From Marsupella aquatica (taxonomy: Eukaryota > Plantae > Marchantiophyta), in the NCBI GenBank assembly GCA_973895155.1, contig OZ316894.1, positions 24,984,709-25,048,708 of the forward strand: 64,000 nt of DNA, given 5' to 3'. The stretch's first letter is position 1. Each line of letters starts with the position of its first letter. Made by a program: the position numbers and the translations under genes. The notes beneath the pieces were generated by a model, which was not told the origin of the DNA, did not search any database, and saw nothing but the letters and a program-made list of their open reading frames with translations. Below are positions 38,879 to 50,800 of the stretch, in pieces.

Positions 38879-41800
38879 ATGGAGCACAAGAAGCGAATAC
38901 TACTGGAATCAAGGCTACTTTTACTGCTTTTGATGCTGATGATTTCTTTCGTGGTGTCAACTCATGGCGATAAGATATCTTCAAGCCTATGGAAGACATG
39001 CGACCACCCCAAAAATAGAGTAGATGGCTTAAATTGCTCAAAGAAAGTTGTATTGGAATTGTCAATTGACAATGGCAAAGTATGTTCCTTTCAACTTCCA
39101 ACCTGAAATGTGTGAAAATAGACAAGTTTCCCGGAGTCAGGCCTGCCAAGTAATTATGTTGTAGTATGCATTTTCCAATATCTGGCCCACATGATTGAGA
39201 ACTTAAGAGAACCAATCATAGCCCTCAACACTAATCAATTGAAGGGGGGTTATGTTAGAAAATGTATTCTAGCATGGAATGACATTCAACGACAATTTAG
39301 CCTAGTTTCTTATAGTAAGTCCTTTCTCATTTGGCATTGGACACATGAACAGGGTCATGCAACTTTTACACTTTTATGAAGGTTGTTTGATTTCTTCTCT
39401 GTAGACAAAGACTCAGCTTTCAAAGCTCGTCAACTTTTTTTAGGATCTTTTGTAGTGTCAATATGGCCCTAAGATCAGTCTTAAAAGCCCAGCTGTGAGT
39501 GCCCAGAATATCACCTTGAGAGATAATTTGTCTTGTTCTTCTTTAGTTTGTGGTTTTCAATTCATGTGGTTGATTTCTCCATGCCCCAAAAAATGCCAAG
39601 AAATGAAGTAATATCATACAAAGTATACAGAGAAGCTTAGCATGCACGAAATTAAATTTGGCGAAGTACTGAAAACAAGGCCCCTCTCGATTGCGACATA
39701 AATGAATAACCCTATTTTCCTTTTGATGTCCAAGATCATGGAAAGCGATACCACAGAAATCTTTGTCACTTCGGTACAAGAAGCTGATGGTAAAAGTAGA
39801 GATCTTGGAAGGCCATACAGAGTGACAATCTACAAAAGTGATGTCTATGCTCAATACCCTTTGCGATATGTAAAGGTGAGATAAATTTCTTTTATGGAGT
39901 ACCCAAAGTTTTCTCCCAAGGGTTGAGCCTACAACGTTATAGAGGAATGTTGCAGTTTACTGCTGGTTTCTAGAGACAAATTCTGAAATGGAATGTGGAT
40001 GAAGATTATGGTCAACACATGCTAAAACTTTGGACTGCTAATGGAACTTATGCTTTAAAATCTTTTATCATATGTACAAGAGGATCTATTTTCTACACTC
40101 CTTTTTAGTTTTGGGAAGGGGGGGGGGGAAGCAGGGCACCATGTCACTTAATTCACCTTGACATGAATAGCCAACTGCACCCAAGGCTAATACCATGTTT
40201 GCCAATTTTACAAACGTATATTAAGCATATGAAAAGTCATACTTAAAAACCTAGAGCTTAATTTCTTCCAGTGATTCTATAGGGATCATTGTCATTTGTG
40301 CAAAACAAATGTCTTGAACTCCTTCACAAATACATAAAAAATAAGATAAAGTGGTAAGTCTTGATAGTCAAAGAAGCTTGTCATATTTGGAACTCAAAGA
40401 GCAGGTTCTATGATTCTTTTGTGAAGAAACCAGGTTGGCTGCTTGAATGTCAGTATTCTGTGTAGAACAACTAGCTCCAAGTAGTTGTGTACACCAATAT
40501 ATGCCTTGCTCCAGCTGGGGCTCTTGGATTTGAAGAGGGAATTTGTTTAGGGTTTAGGGATTGCTAAGTGTGACCCCCTAGTACGTGTGACCCCTAGTAC
40601 GTGTGACCCCTAGTACGTGTGCCATATATGGGCTCCCATCAAAATACTATGATTCTCCACTCCTTGGCAGAGCTTATATGTCATTTCATCTTGTGCAGAG
40701 TTTTGCGAAAGAGGTGGACTTTAAATACCCAAATGACAGTATGCGTTGTGGGTATTACAGCTTACTCCGTTCAATCAGTTTTTGTAATAAGTAGGCCTTG
40801 CCGAATAAAATCATGGACCCAATGCTCCTGTTCCCCTTGGTGCAATATACATGTTGACTTAGAATGTTGTGAGGATTCTATTTTTGCAGACTTCATCATA
40901 AGATTGAGGAGAGACTTCACCTTGGTGAGGTACTATGTTAATTTTGTATTTCTAATCAATCTTGTTTCATTTCATGGGATTTCTTCAAACTCCTATGAAA
41001 GAGTGTCATTTGTAGGTCTGGTTCAATAAAGCAATGGAATTTCTTTTAAGTAGAAAAACTTGTTGCAAGGTTTTATTTTTTCCAAGGGGAACCCACCTAT
41101 GAACAAGCTGTGCAACTAGTTTGCAGGCAAGGGAAACTGGAGGTTTATATTCTTGTATTTTCTCATATAATTCCTACAGCTACCACGAGCCCCTGTGGCG
41201 CATCACACATGTGAACAGCTTGAAGTGGTTTTGCATAGAGCCCATAATAGATACTGGAGAAGAACTGTATGGGCCGGGATTGATCTTTAGACCTCCTGCT
41301 TCAAAGCCACCCCAGCCACCTGTTCTGACCAATAGTCCCCACTATGAATGGCCTTGGATACCATCAATACACAGTCAAAATTTCTGAAATGACAGTTTTT
41401 TAAAGTTAAGTAGATTGTCACATCCAGTTTTGACCTGCAACACTGAAAGTCTCAACCTCCTAATAATGAGTTTTGAGTGGCATTTCACAATATCTCAGCA
41501 ATGTGGGCAATAGACCTTATTCCAGAGGAAAATGTTTGTTATATTTTCTTTCTTCCTACTTTTCTTTTATACCCCTTAGTACTAGTATCTGTAATGATCT
41601 CTTTATAATTTTGACATGACTAGTTATGTTACGCAGGGGTTTTGCAATGTTTGTGCTTGGAAAGATAAATTACCAAAGTGGTTAGCAGGAGCCAAATCAA
41701 TGAGAAGACCTGGCCTGCAATGTGTTTTCTTACCAAGTAAGGCCAACATTGCCCAAATGCCTAAACTTGTAAAACATGAACTCAGGACCCAACATGGGTG

Positions 41801-44800
41801 CATATATTGACTAAGCTGCTTCTGATAGTTTGTTATTTTTGAACGAGAAAATTAGGTATGTTCAATGATATTTCAACTCATTTCGACTATTGGTTAAGTT
41901 GCTTTTGAACTAGTTGATTAAAAAAAATTGAAAATGATTTTATTGGAAAAAAATCTTCAAAATTTTATTAAATTTTATTTTATTAAATTTTATTTTATTA
42001 AATTTTATTTTATTAAATTTTATTTTATTTTATTAAATTTTATTTTATTAAATTAAATTTCATCTCTTCCCTTACCTCTCAAACCAAAATGTCAAACATA
42101 TAAATGTTCTTAATTCTTTTCAGTAGCATATAAAAACCAAAAAAATTATAGGAATTAGTAATTCTTCAAATGGGATGCCTCAGAATAAACCATCTATATT
42201 GTAAATATAACTGAGAAAGCTTTTGGTAGGTTCAAATTTTATTTACAAATCCAGCTCTGTTGTACATAAATCTTAGCATTCAACATCTTGCTGCATCAAC
42301 TAGCTGGTTTATTGAGGAGAGAAGATAGTAAACCCCTCTGATGGACTCTTAATTTTCAGCCCTATCGATTATAGTTTTTAGCCTTCTATCTCTGCAGGGA
42401 TTTTAATTTTAGGCATTTGTCAACACACATACGTGTCATTGTCCCATCTCGTATATTATATGAAGTGTTTGTAGGGAAACTTGTGAATCTGCAAGGTTTA
42501 TAAAATAACAAAAATAATCTCTATATCACTATTTGCCTACTTCTTAAATATTATGGTTTTTGGCCTTGTGAAAAAAACAAGAGTAGGAACAAGTGCATCC
42601 TCTTGGTGGAAAAATGGAAGTGTGCATTGCCAAAGATACATTCAAAAACGGTTAGTTGACAAGCTTCACACAATAATGCTCCAGGTTCTCAATTTAGAGT
42701 CGAGAGATTTAAACAACCCAATCCGCCAACAAAATTGTCACCATTAATTCTGGAACCTGAAGGTATATAATAAATGAATTGTCCTGTTACATTTAAAAAC
42801 CATAAATATTTAGATAGCATACAGAAGGTCCCAATCAACTGTAGCTTTTGAACAAATTGACTATTATTCTAGACTCTTCTGGACAGCAAAAACAGTGTTT
42901 TTCCTATTCGTACTTTGAGATACTTCATCCACTATTTGAACATCAAGTCTTCTGCTTTCATTGAAATTATTGGAACCATTAAGGTTTACTTCAATGATAT
43001 TCATTGAAATGTAATATATGTTTCCCTTCTTTTAAAATAAAGGTACCCAGGCTACCTAATTGAAGACCCTACCATGACATTTGCAATTACCATGTTCTTA
43101 GAGGAATTATATTTGAAGGAAGGATTGGTCTATGTGCATTCAAAGAAAAACAAGGTACACCAGCATTTCCATATGTGCTCTTACTTGAGCTAAATTTCCT
43201 ACTCGAACCCAAAAACCTAATTTTATTTTTGCTGATATTTTAAATTTCACAACGGACCAAAAACTTGACTTAGAGAGTTTGATGATTGATCAAATTTCCA
43301 CCAGGAATTTCATGGAATAATAGTCATTGTGGTTAAATCTCATACACAGATTATATTGCTGCAATAAGAAAATATTATAACATAAGTGAGATCAATGATC
43401 CACAAGCTGGGGATAAATCCCAGATGGATTGGCGCAGAATGTAAGAAAACACTTGGGTAACACCCTTTACAGTTTTGACTGAAGTGGCTCATGATCATTT
43501 GCAGCCTATTTTAGTTAGTTTACCCGGTCATAAGTAGCTGGTCATGCCCAAACTATTCAAGATGTTCTTCACAAAAGTGAAATGTCCTTCCCAATAGTGG
43601 TAATTTGTTCATCATGCCCAAACTACTCGGGCCTCCTTCACGAAAGTGAAAATCCTTCCAAAAGTGGTAATTTATTACTCAATTGGTTTATAATATTGAC
43701 CATTTTTGTAGTCATCTGAAATATAGCAAATCATCTAACTAGAATCTCACCCTCTGTCAGGTAATAGATTGGATATCAGAGAACATGTAGGCAAAGATTG
43801 AGATTAAACAAAGATACAAAAGTTTCCAGATCAATGTACAAGTCTGCCAAACCCAGTAGTTTCAGTTGGTCGGGGTATACGGAAAAACTACTTGGAGCGA
43901 CCTTCACAAAAGTGAAGTGTCCTTCCAAAACCAACGGGTTAGTGTTGTTGCCAGGATAAATGGGCGGATGACTTTATGCAGTTCATGGGGAGGGGCAGGA
44001 CATCCACGCATCTTTTCCACATTCTAAAGTCCATAGACCCATACAGTTACAGTAAAAAAAGGTTCACAAACAAGTACATGAATATAACAAAAATATATTT
44101 GCGTAATTATTGGCATAACATTTTTTTTAACAAAACCATGGATATCTTAATTCTCTTTGATTCTATAGACAATATAGTCAAAGAGAATATATAAACTAAA
44201 AAGAACCTTGGAATCTTGGAACATGGATGTCTTAATTCTCATTGCATGTTCATCCAGAAGGTTGCGGAGTTAACCCCTTTGCAGAGAATTCATGTCGACA
44301 AAAGAAGTACTCTGAGGGCTTCCTTGCAAATAAATGTATCAAGCTATGCTCAACTATTTACCTTCAACGACAATCCTTCATCAATTCCAAGTGGAAGGGT
44401 AAGCAAGGTAGTTGATTCTTTTCACAATATTAGTGTTGTTTGTATGCCCAGTTGAGACGTTTTCCAAAAGAATATATTATGCACATAACATATAGAACCC
44501 CTTTGTACAGTGCCAAGTGCAACTGAAAATTAATCTAACTTAATGTAGATAGGGCTTTATTTATTTTGCCATTCTGACAATTGGGCTTTTTGGCTCTCTT
44601 GATCTTCCTGGTTTTCTTCTTTGATACAATCTTGTACTGGATTTCTTGCCTTTGGGATCATGTCTCCCCCTATGGTGCTTTTTGTTCTTTGTCAATGCTA
44701 TATACTTGAAACTTCAACTTACTACATTTCCTATTGAAAATAATTGAGTACCCATAGACCACTTTTCTTGATCCAGGACGAGGGAATGATGGTGAACAAT

Positions 44801-47800
44801 GAGAAGTACATGCCACTTTACATAATATCTCAACATGAACACTACAATGAAGGACATGTAAGCTGGCCAATTTTGTTTAAATTCTATGTTTTCTAGTTGA
44901 GATTTTTAGCCTTGCACTAATTCTGACTAGGGTGGGGGTCTGGTGCACCCATCAACAAGCCAAAGACCACAAGAGGACTCACAAGAAAAATAACCAGCAG
45001 GAAGGAGGGTAGATGTCAAACTGTACACCCACAGGACTGTAATTGTAGTAGGGACTACAGCACAACCCAAGCTGAGTGAGGTGAAAACTACACAGAAAAT
45101 GACTCCTATTGGCCCAAAGGAGGGTGTTGAATTCAATGAAGCACACTCAAACTAGAGATGGTGCAGGCATGAAGGGCCTGGACCAGCCTATTTTTTTTGT
45201 GCAATTTTTTTTGCCAAATTCCACCTCTCCAAAAAATGTTTGCCACTTTTGGCTAATATTTGCTAGATTTTTTAAACACCATTAGTCACTCTCCCACCAA
45301 ATCATGGACCATTAGCCAGAATCTAACGGCCCTCCTTAAATCTAGGGATATCTGACGGTCATGATTTATTTCAGTAAAATCTGATAGAGAATTTTCCAAG
45401 AATCTACTCCCTTAGAGAAGCAAACACTGGCTAAAAAATCAAAAACCTTTAAAAAATAAGTTGGCCTGTACTTCAGTCGTAGAACACTAAGATGTACATG
45501 GCAGGGTCCTAGGTTCAATTCCTAGCTGATCCATGTTGTTGAAAGTTCAAAAAATAATGAGCCCATCTAAATCTTGATTGTGCATTCTTCTCCATAAATG
45601 CACTGAAAATTACAAGGAGGAAAAGTGCAATGGCATTAAGTTTAAAATTTTAAGCTAATAGAGTGAATCCATGGACTGTGTAGATTGTTTGCTGCTTGTA
45701 GAAACCGCCTCAATCTTAGTTGGCTCTTTCCTGGACAGATGGGCTGGCTTTGAGGTTATGTGCTTTCTGGGTGGAAAGTCTTAGCCAATGTACATTTACT
45801 TGGTGTTTGGGCAAACTTTGTGACAAATATGGAAGTGCTTTGGACACCTTTTTCTTTATCCTGGACTGCCTTGGTTCAGGGGCCTTGAGCTTGATGTTGG
45901 CCCCCTTGTTTTTCGTTTGGGCTCTTTTGAGTGTTCATCTGTGGGTTTGCACAGAATCCATTCAACAAAATTGATTTAGAAGTCTACATTAATGAAAGAT
46001 AAAAATGTTCAAGATTTTAACATAAGACAATGTTAGATACCATGGAGGTTTCGTTTCAGAACTTATGTTAAATTGTTTGGTATCAACTCTAAATATCCCA
46101 ACACTCATTCAATTTTTTACTTGATTTTCTGGATTTTCAACATTCATTACTTATATGAGTTTAATTTGATATTTCAATTCTAGGAGGGTATTGCTGTGCA
46201 ACAAAGCATGGATGTCTTTTTAAACAAGAGCGTGACATCTTCTGTAAAGCTCGAATTCAAAAGGAATAAAATCTATTATTTTGTAACCAGGTACATATTT
46301 TTATGTTTTTCACTTTGCAAAATAAGGCATTTGCCAAATTCATTTTTTCACTCACTCATATAAACTCTGAAGAGAATTGAAGAGGAATGAAAATGGGTAC
46401 TTGTTTGATTAGCTAATAAAGTCACTGGCTAGGAGTAGAGATCAGTATAATTTGTTAAAGATAACATTCTACTGTAGCCAGTGCCTCTTTTAAAATAATT
46501 CTCTCCCCAAACAAAAGAAAAACATATATACGTCTAGGTTTTATAATGACTTGAAATGAGCAATTAGCCTCATAACGGAGTATTAAAGTGACAGTAATGT
46601 TGATTTTGAACATGATGGGAAATGTGGGAAGGGAATAGAAGTCCAGGAAAAATTGTTTCAGTGAGAGTTCCACCAAACATTGAAGGAATTCCAATTCTCC
46701 ATGTTGAAGTTACAAACACTGGGTGGCATAGTGCCAAATTTTTGATTCAGGTGATCTCATTGTATCCTAATAGCGTGTCAGTCAAAGAGGGCTTAATGTT
46801 AGAGCTTTAGCGTCTTTCAAATTTAGTACTTTTTTTTCTTCTTTTCAAATTTAGTACTTAAGTTTGCAGTTTTCTTTTTGAACATTTAACTTTTTGTATG
46901 TTATTGTAAATTTTTTTGATTTCAGCCACATTAAATCTTTAATTTTCTAGGATTTGTGACATCTTCAAAATCATCCATTAGAAATATTTTTAATTGATCT
47001 ATTTTGAACTATTTCAGGTGGCAAAGTGTTCTATTGGAATCCACAACCCACCAGTACGGTCCGAAACTCTTTGGTTGATAATTGTTTTAGATTCCTTTTT
47101 CCCAATTCGTATGCTTGATTCCTTGTCCATATATGCGGGTGGAATGGAAGTGCCTATTTTGACATTCCTTTGTTGTTTTCTCAGGTTCAGTTTGTTACCT
47201 TACCTTTCCCAAAATTTATTTATTCCTTCTTTTTTGAATTGCACAAGACTGAGAATGATTTCACAACCCATGTGTGTCAAGGTGCGTATACATGCTATGA
47301 ATCCAGTTGTAAAAGTTAACAATACGTTAGATCTCTTTACAGTGATTACGGACATATGACATTTGTTCTTGTCCAATATGCTTTAAATAAACTGATTTTT
47401 GAATACAAGTCGAAAGGTATATTTTAACTATACTAGCCTGAGATGCACAAATTTGGATGTAAATAGATACTAGAACATTCACGCCCATTGTGTCATTTTT
47501 ATAGACTCACCCTGCCCCCAATCCCCTTTTTCCCCTGTGCACCCAATTTCTGTTATGCCCCCAGAGTCACCCAGAGTCACCATCTAGAGGTTTCACTCTA
47601 GACTGTAGTCACTCAAGAGTAGATTTCAATCTTGATATGGCCAAACTCATATTGGCGCCATTTATTTTGTGTACTTTACTTCCATTTTAAAGTGTACTGG
47701 CAAAACCCCATACTGACCACAATGTGTCTTTCACAGTGAAATTATTTGACAGTTTTGGTGAGAAAGTGGATAGTTCAAAAATTGTATTCGGGACCATGCC

Positions 47801-50800
47801 CGGTTGGCACACTAAGAATTTGAAGGTTTGTAGCAGTCTGCACTTGATGTATGCAAAACGAGCGAGAAACAACTTTTTTTATATGACCAGCAGCTACTGA
47901 AAACATCTCATTTTAGTTTCAAGGTAGAACTCAATTCTGTGAAATAATTTTAGTGCTGGTCAAACAAACACTTATGAAACAAATCTTTTTGGGACAAAAT
48001 AATCAAAATTTTAACTCAATACTAATGTGCCATCTTGTGCCACACAAAAAATAAACAAAAGTATTCAAGAAATGTAGTTTACATCTAGTTCATTCTAATA
48101 TAGTCACGTCTTGTGCATGCTTTTTTGTTTCTTTTCTTCTGATGCCAATCTAGGATTATAATGCGGATCTTAACTCCACTACAAGAGGTGTACAAGAGTG
48201 CGATGGCATCTCTATGGGTCTCACATCCCAATATTATAGAACACATGACAACATCTCTAAAACGACAGTATCAGACAACCAGCGAAGAAGCCACAGTCTA
48301 GCAATCTACAAAAATAATTTAGCGGCTTGTCAACCAAAAAATATTGCTGCAGTCGACAGCTATTTCCAACGCAGGCTTGGCACAGGCAACATTGCAAGAC
48401 AAAAAAATAGAGTTGAGAACAAAGTAGTAGCCACTACACCCGGAAATAGAGGAAAAAGCAAAGTGAGAACAAGAAATGGGAATTATAAACCAAAAATACT
48501 TGGAAGTCCAAGAGCTCTCGTGAAAATCTTTGAGGAAATTGCAGCAGATGCTCCAGCTAATGAAACTCCTCCAGCTGCTGCAGCTACTCCATGTAGCATT
48601 ATTACTTGGCTGTTTGGAGGTTGTAATACCACTGGGAATGGAACAGGGAATTCAACAAACACTACATGCGGGTATACCCCTCTTTAAAATCACTTAGGAC
48701 ACTGTTTCAATTACTCATCTCCAAATTTGGATGGGTAGCCAAAAGTTTAAATTGCTTTCTTTTTGAAGATGTTTGTCTAGAAGTTCTGGTACACAAATAA
48801 TTTATGAATGATTGCATGTTTAAAAAAAAAAAAAAAACTTGCAATCCATATTAATATTTTGTTGGATGGAAACTGTTGCCCGGTTTGTTTAGAGGTTTCC
48901 CTAAACTGATGACAACAGTTTCGACTGACAGGAACTGTGGGGGTTCTGCAATTCATGCGTTCACTTGTGATATTAAGAAGTTCTGTTTCATACCTGTACT
49001 TGAAGTTGTTGGATTGGCTGTTCTCATAGTTCTAAGTAAGTATTCCACCAGTGAATGACCACCAGTTATTTCTCTTCTCTTCTCTCTTTTGTCCCTATTA
49101 TAAGCACTTTTCAGCTTTACTTGCAATGTTGCACTTAAGGTTTAGTATATGTGTGCAGCAATTATAAGGAGCTAACTATCATTTCCATAAATGTGATTGC
49201 AGTTTGTATGTTTGGTATCATTTCAAGCGAGTCCAAAAAGGTTAAATCGGGTAAAGGTTTTATCAAAGGGAAGTTACAGCAAGCTAAGGGAATAGTGAGG
49301 AAAAAAACGCCAGCAAAAAAGAAAGCAGGCAGAGGGGCTGGAAAGGCAAAAGGGAAGAAGGTGGGAGGAGGGGCAGGAAAGAAGAAAAACCCAGGCAGCA
49401 AAACCTAAGCTGGCAGAGCTACCGCTGGTAAACTGAAGATAGGGGCAGCTAAACCTAAACCTGCACCAAATAAGGAAGCTGTGTATGCCAAATTAGAAAG
49501 CTCAATGTGTATGTGAGAGTTCATGAGTGGACTAAATTCTCTGGCAAGGTTTCCTTCCCTCATTGTGAAAAACAATTACGTATTTAATCTAACATTTAAA
49601 TAAATGTGCTTGCAGTTTCTATAGTTGGGTGCATTTCGTGCGGGTCCAAAAAGGTTGCATCGGGTAAAGGTTGGTTTCTGAATGAGCTAAAATCCTTATG
49701 TAATCTTGGGGCAGAAGATGGGGTGGGGCATGGTGAAAGTGGACGGGGAAAACATAGGGTTTTACAATTTGGGAAAAAGATTGGGATGAAGATTGGGAAG
49801 GGTACTGGGAAAGTTTTAGCATGGTCTGGGAAAAGAACAGGGAAAGCTTTGATGTGGACAGGGAAGAAGACTGGGAAAGCTTTAAAATGGTCAAGGAAGA
49901 ACGGGGGGAAAGCTTTGAAGTGGTCAGCAAAAGAGGGAGGGAAAGCATTAGTATGGACGGGAAAGAACACTGGGAAAGCATTAGTGTGGACAGGGAAGAA
50001 GACTGGAGAAGGTTTGAAGGAAGCTTATGTCAACTTGAAGAAGCAAGATTATAAGGGGAAACATCCTAAAAGGGAGCATCATAAAAGGAAAGGTAAAGGT
50101 AGAAAGAAAGGGAGAAAGAAAGGAGAACCCACTGAGGAGGAATCACAAAACTCTGAAGACACTATGTTTGGAGGACTATTTGGAGACGACCAGGATCCTA
50201 AAAGGGAGCAGGGTAAAAGCAAAGAGAGAAGTAGAGGGACAAGGAAAGAAGAGACCACTGAGGAGGAATCCCCAAACTCGGAAGACACTATGTTTGGAGG
50301 GCTTTTTGGAGAAGACCAGGATACCACATTAGTTGAGAAGACTGAAAAGAAAAGGAAGAAACGAAAGGAGAGAAAGAAAGCAAAAAGAAAATCGGATCAG
50401 TTTCAGGAAAATGATTATGCAAAAGAAGAGATTGATGATGCAGAGGATGAAATTGATGACCCCCTTGATCAAGAAAATGATGATGGAAAAGATGAGATTG
50501 ATGATGCAAAGGATGAGATTGATGATGCAAAAGATGAAATTTATGGCCCTCTTGAAGAGCCAGCAGTCCACAAAGTTTCAAAAAAGAAAGCAAGTCTAAA
50601 GGAAACTAAAGACAATGCTCTTGAAGGGTCGCCCGATGACTCCACCAAAGAAGTGTCAGAGAGAGTAAAAAATGCTGCCAAAATTGGTAACGGAGAAGTG
50701 TCTGATCCCTCCCAAAAGCAGGTTATCCAGATCATATTAAAACAAAGTGACGTTGAGAAAGAAACTGGGAAAAAAATGGCAACACATGAGGGAAAATCCA

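Noticed and set aside
43350-43440. Extra HAP2 exon (DYIAAIRKYYNISE...)
   Set aside because: Open only as phase 1 to phase 2, incompatible with the flanking phase-0 junctions, and it has no HAP2 motif.
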